Positions 40,101 to 52,740 of a stretch of 64,000 nt of DNA are shown piece by piece. How positions within the stretch are numbered: the first letter of the stretch is position 1; each line of letters starts with the position of its first letter. The notes under the pieces were generated by a model, which worked only from the letters and a program-made list of their open reading frames with translations, was not told the origin of the DNA and did not search any database. A program made the translations under genes and the position numbers. This DNA is from Amphiscolops sp. MND2022 (lineage: Eukaryota): the NCBI GenBank assembly GCA_964187785.1, contig OZ076409.1, positions 29,700,001 through 29,764,000 of the forward strand, written 5' to 3'.

Positions 40101-41274
40101 GTCATATTTGGCGTCATTTTTGAACCTTGCAATTTCGGTGGTTTCACCAAAGAGATCTGATCTATTTTCAAATGCAACTAGGAAGCTATCAATTTAAAAG
40201 CCATTCAATGCAAACAATTTCAATGACGTTATACACTGCCAACTAGCGTAATGTTCAGCGTATCATTTGAGAAGCAGTGATTATCTCAGATGAAGAATTG
40301 AAGAGTCAAAGTGTGATCATAACGTGGTCGTGTCAGTAACGAAGTGAAAAGTATTTTCAATTTTTTTAGAATAGCGGAGACTGCAACAGTGTAGTCCTTC
40401 AAAATTTGAAACCGGAAATTTCACCGAACTTTCTATTTTTCCCTGAAAATTACTCTGCATGCAGGCCTGCAGTGTGTAAAAAGTTCCAGCAGTATCGATC
40501 AGGGGTAGAAATGTTTTTTTTAACCGAGTAGTTCGGGTCCCTGTATGCATGAACTACTTTTCAGATCCGTATAGTTATTTTCAATTGAGATTTTACAGTT
40601 CCTCTTTCTTTCCTTGACAATTGAGAGTTGAAAGTGTGCGGCTTTTCCCTGAAGGCGACTTGTGACAGTATACGATCAATTTTGCAGTGCCATTTCTAGT
40701 TCCCGGTCTAGTTTTGTTAATTTTGTTCGGCAGTTTTCCTTAAAAAAGGTAAACCAAATCGTTCTGGTCATTGGGTACTAGCAGGTGGTAATCGCATAAA
40801 AGCTTCACAATATTTTAAATGGGCACCAAATGTTATTGTTAAATGGATACGGACGTTGTTCAAAAACTTACGATTTTCGAAATTCGGTACAAATTTTGAA
40901 ACATACGACCCGCGAATTGTTCAAAAAAGCATTTTCTCTGTCTGAAATTTAAAAAATGGGGCTGAGAACTTTTGTTCCGAATAAACTCTGCAAATAGAAT
41001 CAATATCCGGCCTTGATTATTTGTCTTTCCTATTTCATTTTTGAAAGGAAAAAAATCTCCCAGTCGCGTTTTTGTTCAGAGATTGCCATGTTCCAACTTC
41101 ATACTCTAAAAATAGTTGATCCACATAAAGTTCTTCCACAGAATATAACACTCAGGTAATTAGGTTTGTAGCTTATGTATTTGTGAATCAACAACAAAAC
41201 AATTAATTTCTTAGCATACCCTCGATATTGAAATTTTATATTTTTTGTTTAAAATGCACTCAAAAGTGTCAAAC

Positions 41275-42050
41275 TATTCATTTTTCCCAACTTTTCGGGC
41301 AATTTTCGTTGCAGGCTAAGCTCGAGCCCTGAGGTATTCTTTTTGCTAAAACGATCCATTGAGGGCTGAAATTATCTCTATGCTCAGCAGGCGTCTGATA
41401 CTTACTCAAAGTAGTTCACCAAAAATTGTTTATGAAAGAAGGTACACCAGGGGGGGGCTTTTGACATTTCTCTACTACTGACCCGGGAACGACAGTGAGA
41501 AATTAACTTACAATGCCATTTTTCTTTTACAATGTCTTGAATAATACTTTGGATATAAGAAAAAAATTGAAGTAGAAAAAGTCTCTTCTGATCTGAAAAC
41601 TAACCCTGGTTGACAAAAAATGCATTCCTTGCAAGGATCTTGATTGTTTCCTTGAAAGATCTTGCAAGGAAAGCGTTTTTTGCAAGGTTCTTGCAAGATC
41701 CTTGCAAGGAATGCATTTTTTGTCAACCAGGGTTAGTTTTCAGATCAGAAGAGACTTTTTCTACTTCAATTTTTTTCTTATTTTCATAGAATTATTTAAG
41801 ACATTGTAAAAGAAAAATGGCATTGTAACTTATATTCTCACTGTCGTTCCCGGGTCAGTAGTAGAGAAATGTCAAAAGGGCCCCCTGGTGTACCTTCTTT
41901 AATAAACAATTTTTGGTGAACTACTTCAAGACGCCTGCTGAGCATAGAGATAATTTCAGCCCTGAATGGATCGTTTTAGCATAAAGAATACTTCAGGGCT
42001 CGAGCTTAACCTGCTACGAAAATTGCCCGAAAAGTTGGGAAAAATGAATA
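41275..42050. repeat. Long imperfect palindrome (arms ~365 bp, short spacer)
   Basis: 41275-41640 is the reverse complement of ~41695-42050 with scattered mismatches and one small indel. Confidence 0.95.
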
Positions 42051-42774
42051 TTTGCAAGGAAATTGTTTCCTTGAAAGAAGGTATAATAACTTCACAAGGA
42101 GTGTAACGACCAAGAATTTTTCTGAAAGCAAACGGTCACTACCATCAATTTCGATGTGCAGATATTGTGCAAATGTTCAAACTGTCAATTTTGCAAAAAT
42201 TTCACCAAGAATGCAAAAACGTAGCCAAAACGTAACTTTTAAATTTTTGAAATTTTGACTCTCTTACACTTTTTTGATTTCGAAAGTATTTTAGTAAAAA
42301 GTCTCAACATCTCGAATCTTACAAAACATTTTTTCTCTCAGAAAAGTTGTAAATAGTATTAGTATCAGCTTAGTTCAAGATTTCCCATTGAATCCGGAAT
42401 CAAAAACTATCAGGAGCTTCGGTAAAATCAGGGCGTCGAGTGAACACAAAAGTTTGAGCAAAAGTATACCAAACGTGGAAAAACCTTGAATTTTTTCAAG
42501 GAAATTTTTCTCCTTGAAAGAATCTTGCAAGCAAATGTGTTCCTTACAAGAATCTTTCAAGGAACTTTTTGTCCTTGAAAGAATCTTGAAAGGAAACATT
42601 TCTCCTTGGAAGAATCTTGCAAGGAAACTTTTCTCCTTGAAAGACTCTTCCAAGGAAATTTTTCTCCTTGCAAGATACTTGCAAGATGTCTTGCAGAGAA
42701 TTGCATTAATTTGCAAGACCTTGCAAGAAAATCTTGCAAGATCCTTGTAAGGAACGCATTTTTTTCAACCAGGG
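41604..42774. mobile_element. MITE-like element with TIRs CCCTGGTTGA(A)nTGC and internal TCTTGCAAGA repeats, rearranged
   Basis: ccctggttgacaaaaaatgc at 41604; gcatttttttcaaccaggg ending 42774; related truncated copy at 62219-62375. Confidence 0.7.
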
Positions 42775-43274
42775 AAATCATGCTTTTATGTATATACAGT
42801 TGCGAACTGGCATATTTGGAAAATGTATTTGTGCCTTCATCTTCGCAAGTTGCACTAATGGTTCCGCATTAGCGTTAAAAATTCGGATGAAATGCATTTT
42901 CTCGTTACATGTTGAACCAGAAAAGAAAATGGATCATCAAAAACTAGACAACCTGGTGACAAAACCTGGTGACAAAAATACACAGTGCCGAGAAATCTAA
43001 AAGGTCTCATTCATAATTTTTAACATACCCACAAACGTAAAAGAATCAATTGGAGCCCTTTGGCTTCCCTGGACGCAATATACATCTTAGGTTGAATTAA
43101 CGAGCCGGGAAAAGGCATAAATTGTCACCACGCCAAAAGCTGCAAAAGTACTTCAAAGTTTAAATGATTCTCTTTTCAATTATTACTCAATTTCACAGTA
43201 CAGAAAAAACAAAAGGAAACTTTTTTGAAATTACGAAGGCTTTTCGGCTTTTATTTTGACCAGAAAAATCAATG

Positions 43275-44340
43275 ACTTCGCATATAACGTTAAAAAATCA
43301 GATAAACGGCAATTATTTCGAGCCTCCGTCTCCTCCTTGTTAAAACGATATCTACTTCGGATGTAACGTCCAAAAATTGGATATTTTCACGTCCAAAAGA
43401 TTTTCAAAATTCCGGGTCCTTTTTGTAAAACGCCAATAGCTTCGGATATAACGTCAATAAATCGGATAGAGAACCATTTTTCGCACTTCCGCCTCTTCGA
43501 CAGTAAATGCAATTTACTTCGGATTCAACGTCAAAAATTCGCATTCTGTACAGTATTTTTCAATCTCCGCCTCCAATCTTAGTAATGCAAAGTACTAAGG
43601 ATGTTACGTTGAAAACTCTGATATAGAACAATATTTATGACACATCAGCCTCCTGCGTAGTGAAATGCACTTTACTTCGAATATACCGCCAACAATTTAT
43701 CGCACAATACCTTCGAGCCACTGGCTCCTTCTAGGCAAAACGCGAAATATTTCGTACAAAACGTCAAAAATTCGGATGAAGCACATTTTGTTCGAACCAC
43801 AGGCGCCTTCTTAGTATAAAAGCAAACTTACTTCGGACTAAACGTCAAAATTTTCGTATAGATAACTATTTCAAACTTCCGTCTTCTCAACAGTGAAACG
43901 CAATTGACTTCGGATATATCATCGAAAATTCGGACATAGTTCAATACTTTCGAACCCCTACCTCTTCCTTAGTAAAATGCAATTTACATCGGGAATAACG
44001 TCGAAATTTGGATAAAGCACATTAGTTTTGAACCACTGGCTCCTTCGTAGTAAAACGCAATAAATTATATCGGGCGTAAGTTCAAAATTTCGTATGAATA
44101 GCAATGTTTTGGATTTCTGGTTTCGCCACTGTAAAACCCCATTCATTTCGGACGTAACGTCAAGAGTTTCGATTTAACGTTCTCTTTTAGAGCCTCTGGG
44201 TCACTCCCCGTATTGACACAACTTACTTCGGGTATAATATCAAAAAGTTCGGATTTATTTCAGGTTTCCGAACCTCCGCCTCCTTCTTAGCACATCGCAA
44301 AATAACTTAGTAGTTACTGATAGTACGTCAGAAATTCGGT
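43275..44340. repeat. Degenerate minisatellite, ~78-80 bp unit, about 14 copies
   Basis: Core acttcggatataacgtcaaaaattcggat recurs at ~43440, 43517, 43595, 43675, 43750, 43831, 43908, etc. Confidence 0.85.
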
Positions 44341-44429
44341 TTTGGCGTGGTGGGCCAATTGGCACATTTCAATGTAACGTCCATCAACCTGGTGGATCTG
44401 TCAGAAATTTTGAAAAATTAGGAGAAAAC

Positions 44430-44990
44430 ATGCTCAACCTAGCTGGTACCTGAAAATCAGTCGAGAAGGCGGTGAAAGAAGAAAAACACACACACACACA
44501 CACATCCACACCAGACATCCGGAAAATGTAGAGAAGATACGCCGGTAAGAGAAAGACAGTCCGCAGAAGTCACTGTGTTGTGCCATGTAATAGGAGAAGG
44601 TCCGGAGTGGCTTCAGACGAAAGATGCGGGCTTTCCCGGGAGCACAAGGAAATGCATGATTTTCGTACAAGCTATACCCGAAACTCAGAACTCGCTTAGA
44701 CTGTTCCAGATGCTTTTGCAGTAGTTTCTCATAGTTTCTGTTATGATGTGTTGGATGATCTACAAGGCCCCCATTTTATTCGCTTCAGGAAGTTTAATCA
44801 AGCTCGGAAGTATGCAGGAAGTCGCAAGAACCCTATGAATTGTTTTTACATGCTTGTGGGACGTGTCCAGACTTTGAGAGTGCTGGCATGTCGCCATGGA
44901 GCTCTGTTATGAGGAGCCTCCTTGATGTATAAAAAGTCCCCCCAGGAGACCTTCTTTGGGAGAAAAACTGGTGTCTAGGCTTGTAGTAAG
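44430..44990. repeat. Dispersed repeat, homolog at ~59370-59930
   Basis: Shared gtttttacatgcttgtgggacgtgtcc..tgctggca.gtcgcc core plus weaker upstream similarity. Confidence 0.7.
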
Positions 44991-47900
44991 ACAATGGTCT
45001 CCTGTTTAAGCAACTTAGGAACTGTCTCAGTTCTAGGAAAAACGCTGCTAGCTTGACCTTACACAAGATTTCAAGATTTTGTAGAACGTTTGTAGAACTG
45101 TTTTGGTCAATTCGTGTGGATTGAAAGTAACGACGAAAATCCACTTTAATAGTTGTGTTTTATTTTCAATAAAGCGTCGACTAAAACCTGGGGAAAACTC
45201 CCTAGCGTAACGCAAAAAAAAAACTAAATTTGTGATCAATTTTTTAAAATCTTTCAATACTTGAACAAAAAGTGGAAGTGTCAAAAAACCTTTTGGTGTC
45301 ATACCTTTACAAGCTCAAAACGTTTTGGGTCTAGCTCGAGACTCAAACCTATGAACACTTGCTTCCCAGCCCTGGTCACCACGTACTACGAAATGGGTTC
45401 GAATCTCGCTACTGTCCTTCTTTTTGCGCCTACTATGAAGCTCTTCTCGGCTGGTTTGTTCTTGCGTTTTTGTCTGTCTTTACGCAATGAGTATTTTCTG
45501 ATCAAGTTTCATCTGTTCGAGACGCATGCATCATATTTGTAAGCTAAAACGTTCAAATCTTGCAGAAAAAAATTAAAGAACTGACGTCTATTAAAATAGA
45601 ATGTTTAGCCGTCCATTTTTATTGTTGACCGCTCTGGATATTCATCTCCGAAACATCTCTGAACTTTTGCCATTGAATGGCAAAAATGGTTTTCTTGAAA
45701 TGACTCAAATACACTCAGAAAATGTGGTACCCGAACAAATCAATGAGCTGCAACTTTGAACTGACCATGATTTGACCAGATGATAATGCAAAAGACATCA
45801 TAGTTTGCGACAAAAGTATTAGCTTCCAATAAATACGATTTCTGCTCGTTCGGTCGGTGTCTTTTCGGCTCTATTCGTGAAGTATATGTAAACTTTTATA
45901 ATTGAGAGAAAATACATTCAGTGTCATGGTATGTCTTTTTCCCATGGAATAATTTCTAAACTTATGGAGTAGATTCAAAATTAAAAATTCAAGACAACTT
46001 GACACTTTTGATAAGTTGCTACTTTCACTAGGCATCTCGAAAACTTGCTGTTTAAAATTGTTTAACTTTTTTTAGCCTTGCCATTGATGACAGAACTCTC
46101 GCCAGTTTGCTTGCAAGAGGCAATTTTCCCGCTTGTTAATTTTTCCAATAACTTCCGCTCAAATTTCAATTATTTTCCTACTCGGCAAAGTTGTTTTAAA
46201 AGTATGAGAAGTTGTTTTTTATCGAATTGTCAACTTCATTGGCTTTTCTTGTCAGTGGAATTAATTAGAAAAATGAAGTCATTCGAGTCAGTTAAACCAG
46301 GAATAAAGTTCCATATTTTATATCCTATAGAAAGGAAGAAAAATAGTTGGAATCGGGAGAAGGCAAGCACAAACAGGAGGCATCGGTTAAGAGGTTCTTG
46401 GCCAGTTGAACGGAATAAAGTGTGAACTCGGTAGATAAAATACTCATCTATCTTGTGGTTGTTTGTTCAAGTGGATTATAATTCATCTTCCACATCCACC
46501 TAATTCCATCGAACCTTAAATCCCACCCTCTCCTTGCGTCTGCTTTTTATGAGATTTTTTCAAACAACAAGGAATGATTTTGCATATTCTTATAAGAGCT
46601 GGAGACAGTATTAGAAAGTACCTATATCACACATTCAATGATACCTTTCACATTGTGAGAGTTGAATGGCTAACTTTTTTAATTGGCACCGCTGTTCTGT
46701 ATGCACTTAACATGAAGATAACTCAAACTTCTTTGAACTACTGAAAATTCATCTTAATTGAAAATTCTGAAGAAGCGGGTTGAATTAACTGTGAAAGCAT
46801 TAACTATGCTTCCAGTAAAACAATTTTTCATTATTTTTCTCAGAAGAAGCCTTTTCTTGTCCATATGCTTTAGACTTTTAAGAATGATAATTTATGTAGG
46901 AATCATTGCAGAAACGTCCCTGTAAGGTTCCTGTGATTTTTCATCAAAGGTAAGAACATTTCGGCACTTTATTATAAAAATGCCTTTTTTCTCCCCTATT
47001 ATAAAATGTAGCCATAGTACATAGTTAAACAAGAAATTGTATGACAGTCAATGTTTGCATTCAAGAGATAACAATTTAGTTTTTTTTTTAATTTATCCAT
47101 TTATCAGAATCCCCCTTCACCTTTACCATGCATACATATCTGCAACATCTATGCATTATCAACAGAAAATAAAAGGGCGGAAATAGTCGAATTTTACCGC
47201 TTATGTGAAGAATTATAGTATATATATATAAAAAAACACCCTTTCCGTTTGATGGCTTTGAAGCTTACCAGATTGAGTAATATCACTTAGCCAGCATAGA
47301 ATATTCCCTGGATGCACAGCTGCCACTCCTGGTTGTTCAAGTGACAGCAGGAAGTGTGGAAATGTTTCCCGTTTCTTTTTCGTCCGTTTTTCCGCCACCG
47401 CCTCTCTCACGCTACGGCTGCAGCATTGTCATCATTTTCCCACCGTTTCCCTGAACTCTTGTCCCTTCTCTCCCCCCATCATTCCCGGCCACTGCACCTG
47501 AAGCCATACAGCGCAGCCAGCAAAATCCGGTTATTCCAAATTTATTCCCCGCAACTGCAGAGACTATGGAACTTCAATATTGAAGAGAAGCTATTCGATT
47601 TGCCATTGGCTGGTTGTTTTATAATTTATATTACATTTGTTTGCGACTAAATCCCTTCAAAGTGTCAAATTTTGAAAGAATTGTTCGCGTCAATCCCGCC
47701 AAAGAATACCCACAGACAACAAAATCAAACACAAGACGCCCGCTGAGGAGCGGGATATTTTCCGCCCCGAACTGTTCTACAACTACATAAATGAGGCTCA
47801 AGAATAACTAATGCACTATAAAAACGCTGAGAAGTTCGAAGAAAAGAAAGCTTCGATTCATCTTGTCCATTTTTCTAATTCGCGGTGTCTCTCAAAAAAA

Positions 47901-48095
47901 TGGCAAAAATTGCATAAAAACGTTTAAAAATGAGAAATTTGGGAATTTTTGTCATTAAGGGGTCATTTTGTCATTAAGGGGTCATTTTCGTCATTTTTAA
48001 AAAAAAAACTTCAAAAATCTCTACAAATACATATCGCACGAAGCTAAATTTATGTGGGTTGAATTCTATGGGTAACACCCTTAAATTTAAATATA

Positions 48096-48280
48096 AATAA
48101 AATCTTGGCAAATTTTGTAAAAAAAAAAAAAAAAAACCCGTTTGATTTAAATATTTTCCTTTCCCATATGAAATATGGGCGGAAAATAATAAAATCTTGG
48201 CAAATTTTGTAAAAAAAAAAAAAAAAACCCGTTTGATTTAAATATTTTCCTTTCCCATATGAAATATGGGCGGAAAATAA
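48096..48280. repeat. Near-perfect 92-bp tandem duplication with poly-A tract
   Basis: aataaaatcttggcaaattttgt(A)n cccgtttg...gggcggaaaataa twice. Confidence 0.95.
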
Positions 48281-49399
48281 CAATAAATCTAATTGCCACT
48301 TTTATTGCAAACCGCAGGGAGTACGCCGGGATTGAAACAGCATCACATAATTATTACATAAATCGGACCTGCCGTACATTTAATTATGTGACTCCTGGGG
48401 TTAATCGAATTTGACCTGTTTATGTGTTGACAATAAAGATGACAAAACTGACCTCATCCAAAGCTTAAGGAACAATCATATCATTTTGCTCCCTTATTCT
48501 TCAACCAATTTTTCCAATAATTTAAACTATTCTACCCGAAGTTTTCTGCCGTATCATTATATTACTATGAACAGCATGGAATCAAACGTCCTACGTATAT
48601 TACAAGACAATTCAGTTCATTACAAAATCGTCCCTCCGATGTTTAGAAGGCAATCGGAGCTACCAAAACTAGAAACTTGAAAATAAATCTGGGAAGTCTT
48701 TTTTATCTAATTTGTTCTCTTTTGAAGCTTCTTTCCAAACCTATTTCATTCGTCAACAAGTAGGTCCTATGGTACCAATTTTTACGACGACTTAATTACT
48801 CCACGAACGTTTCAGCCTTCACTGATGTCTCTTGCTAATTTTGAGATAATTTACTTTTCTTGCTACCGGCTGCGCTTCAGCGTGAAAAGGATACCAAAAG
48901 GTAAGGAAGTCTGACAATCCATAAATCGAAAATATGTACCTCTTCAATTGATGATACTGACTATTGATCCTTCTGGGTTGTTTTTCGATGATAACCAATC
49001 CTTCATATAGCTCCTACGATTTGCAACATCGTCCGTGTCCGTAGAGTTGCAAACGAAAAATATCAAGTTTATCGCCGGCGGAATAACTAACCTATAACTC
49101 TAGTGAAGCAAGTCACGGTCGTCTAATTTGAGATCGCACCACGGTTGTAAAAATTTGCAACAAGTTCATCCGGTTTTAGCAAATACATGCTATTCACTAC
49201 ACTTCGTCTCAGCAATAATGTACGTCCCTCTTCAGTTTCGCAGCTACGAAATTCATGGCCTCCTTCACAAAGAAGCCATTCTAAGCGCCATGTCAAAAAA
49301 CAAACTACGATGCAACAACGCTGTTCACCGCCGCATTGCTCGAGGAATCCCCCGATACCAATTCCAAAGTCCAAGTTGCCAATGGTGGCTTTGTCCCAG

Positions 49400-50780
49400 T
49401 TCTGAAACAAATGCTGTCACGGTTCCTCAAGAGCGGAGAGATATTCTATGAGACGTTTGTGATTTCCCAACGATGGGACCTTTCATCATAGGAATTTTTT
49501 GTTAAGTTTAAAGGGGTGCTCCGTCACAATTGACTTGGCCATTAACATCGTCCGCTTTCCTGACATCACGCTTCAACTGAAGCCCACCAATAGATAGTTC
49601 TTAAACATGTTGATGGAGCTGACAGCCACCCAAAAGTTACCATGCAACCATCACAACAAGTGTTCGTTTCACTTGCCATCGACCGAGAGCTGGGAGTAAT
49701 AGCAGCATAGTAAAAAAAATTGCCAGCATTGCCGTGGGGATTACATTGACGGAGCTATCCAGCACTAGTTGAAAATGAAGTTAACCGGAGCTTCGTCCGA
49801 ATCAACGATGCTTTCGACTACCAGATAACCATCAAAGCTTGTACACCCTAAGCATCTTTGGAGATTGTCACTTCTAACTAATTTTCAAACATCCAAGCCA
49901 TGTCCACACGCCAGAATCCAAAAGTACCCCAGTGAAGATGAAGCTAGTATGAACGAGCTTTTTCAAAATCCAGCATCCAAAACGGGATTGCAATGATAAC
50001 CCTGAAACGTGTATTGATCCTTCAACCGTCACCAAGATCAAGACATGCATCCATAAAGAGATCATAACACTCAGACAACAAGGGACGCTGGGTCGAGCAT
50101 CAGACGAAGATCTAAGACGTAAAGTCTTGGCCAACTTCAAAGGGGAACAATCGATGCTGACGCTTCCTGGATTTCAGCGGGGGAATTATTAATGGTTAAT
50201 AACCGTGATAATTTTGCTTGGAATGAGTTAGGCAATGGCTATAACACCGAGTTTAGGAACAACCTAACGCCTAAGATCCATGAGCCTGACTACGCTCAAA
50301 ACGTCTTCACTCCAACTAACCTAAATGATGACCACCTCTTAGAACTAACCCTCATGCAAGACTGCATATTACTGTATGACGGCATAATACTGTTATCCTA
50401 TAGTAAGTATTCGTCTCCAATTCGATCAAAGTAAATTGAAGGTAACCACAGGATTTTTCGTCGATCTCTGTTGTAATAACTTTTGCTGAAAAACAATTAT
50501 AACCATCATGAACATCCCCTGCATGCCTATAAGTGGAGGAAAATTGCTTCTACAAGCTCGACTGCTCCTCAGCGCACCACCGTGGTGACTGTTTTCTAAT
50601 GGCTGATGAGAAATCCGTTCAGCTGTCAGTCTTCAACTTCGGTAGGTAAACGGACATTCGCTAACCACCGGCAGGCTCAAAGACTGAATTAAGTTAAACG
50701 CACAGTGCTTGAGTATATTGACCCTCTGGTCAAAGCAGATAAATGCGCCAAATACGTCGACTTTATTGCCACTGCAGATG
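49400..50780 (+). pseudogene. Highly decayed Gypsy PR-RT fragment
   Basis: GYNTEFRNNLTPKIHEPDYAQNVFTPTNLNDDHLLELTLMQ..YSKYSSPI; KLDCSSAHH; ADEKSVQLSVFNFG; ADKCAKYVD. Confidence 0.8.
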
Positions 50781-51835
50781 CCAAAATTAGTCGGATCAAA
50801 AGTAGAATATGATCAGGAAAAATATCATTTCCCCAATTACGTGTTGTCCAGGACTGACCCGTTCTTAATTTTCGAACTCTAATTTTTTACCCATATAACA
50901 AACTACAGTTCCTTAGTTGCAGCCATATGGTCAACCAATGCAGCCACGTGGTCCACGTGGTGGGCTGGAAGCTGTAATTTCGAAGTGATTTGTTCAAGTC
51001 TCAAAGGTCTGTCTACCTGTGGTTGCTTCTTCACTTTTGTTGATTTCTTTGTCATCATTAGTTTTAAAGTGTTGACCAGAAGCACTACGCAAGCATTTTT
51101 GGGCATTTCATGGTGCACATTATGTTTTCTTCGATTGGTGTGAACAAACAACTGAACCACACAATCCGAAATGTAACAATTTTTGAACTATTCATTCCGG
51201 TTGAAAATTTTGTGGGTTAAAATCTTCCTTTCCTTGAGAAATGCAGTGTTATGTATCAACAAAAACTTAAATTATGCTCTGAACATCACAGACAGACCAA
51301 TATTTTTTGTTAGTCATCAAAGTTCACTGGGCTGGGTTTTTGGCGGTGATCTCCCGTGACACGTTTTGCTCATAGTATATATACTATAAGCAAAACGTAT
51401 TGTATATAAAGTACTGAAGAGTCGCTCCGCATTGTTAGAAGTTGGTGGTATCCAAGATAGATTGAGAATATCGGTAACTATTCTCGAATTTAATTGGCTG
51501 ACGATATGTTAAATTTCTACGCTCTTAGTTTTAGTTATCTCAAGAATAATTATTTTTATTTTAACAGGTCAAAAAATAATTATTTTTTAATCATTTGAGT
51601 GTAAAAAATTATTCTATTTTATTTATTACCATTATTCTTACCCATAATTATTTATTGAACACGCCTGGTTATAGAGCTTCATCAATCCTCTGTATACGAT
51701 TTTCACCTCCTATTAAATCTGATTATTCAGACGAACGAAAGCATAGCTAATCAGACGAACGAATGCATAGCTAATGATCAGTTGAGCGTGCCGCTGCTTG
51801 AAATAATTCAAACGATTACGTAATCAGCCACCACT

Positions 51836-52739
51836 GTGCAAAAGTTAGCGCTTCAAAAAATTGATTCTCAGCTGAAGATGGCCTCTCTTACCGAAATATC
51901 AAAACAATTAGATTCTATTCAAGATATGAATCCGACACTTAGAACTTTCCTTATTTCAATGGGCAAACGTTTAGAGTCCCAACAAGACAAAATTACTGAA
52001 TTACGCTCGGAGGTTCAATTTCTTAAAAACAAACTCAACGACGTCGAACGTTATCAATCAAAAGACTGTAATATTTTTTGAAATCTTCCATTATTATCCA
52101 ACCGAAACGTTACTGAAGATGTAGTCCACTTTGTGAAGACAGCACTGGGAGTACAAATGGACGGTTCTGCCCTTGCAGCTTGCCACCCATTGGGGAGAAT
52201 TGATGATGCAAGACAACCTCCGGCAATCATAGCTAAGTTTCTTTATTTTGATTTTAAAAAAGGATTTGGGGAAGAAAAAAATTTCTGAGTGGTTACCGAA
52301 ACCAGTTGAACGGGCGCCCAGTTTTTCTCGACGAAAGATTAACGAGGGCGGATAAGGACCTTATGGATTATGCTCGAGAAAAAGGTGCAAAAACTCAAAC
52401 ATTCAATAGCCAACCTCAAGTTCTTGTACAAACAGTGAATGGTTTTAGGGCGCATACAATCACGAGTAAAGTCGATATTGATGAGTTACTGGAAGAAAAT
52501 AAAGTCCTTGGTAGCAGAACAAACGTCCAAAAACCTACATCTTCGTTTAATACAAGAATGGAAATGAAAAGCAAGCGACTGGCAAGCGACCTTTCCAAAT
52601 TAGCAGCCCTATTAATGATGTCGATATAATCAAACAACTGGAATCATTCAGAGGCGACAATGACAAAATGCTGGACTATGTTAAAGGTCTTCTGGACAAA
52701 TCGCCTGCAAACAAACTCTTGCACCAAGACGGTGACTGA
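51836..52739 (+). pseudogene. LINE ORF1 (coiled coil + RRM-type), frameshifted
   Basis: QQDKITELRSEVQFLKNKLNDVERYQSKDC; ACHPLG; PPAIIAKF; VFLDERLT. Confidence 0.85.
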
Positions 52740-52740
52740 A

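Noticed and set aside
39400..40560. Coding-like minus-strand stretches
   Set aside because: Interrupted by stops, with no motif I can assign
42375..43000. Multiple ORFs with LARILQESCK-like repeats (also 32353-32712, 62050-62499)
   Set aside because: Translation artefacts of palindromic TCTTGCAAGA MITE repeats
43275..44340. CRISPR-like repeat-spacer array
   Set aside because: Repeats are degenerate, the inter-core segments resemble each other, there are no cas genes, and the context is eukaryotic
48096..48280. Functional tandem regulatory repeat
   Set aside because: Simple recent slippage duplication or assembly artefact around poly-A
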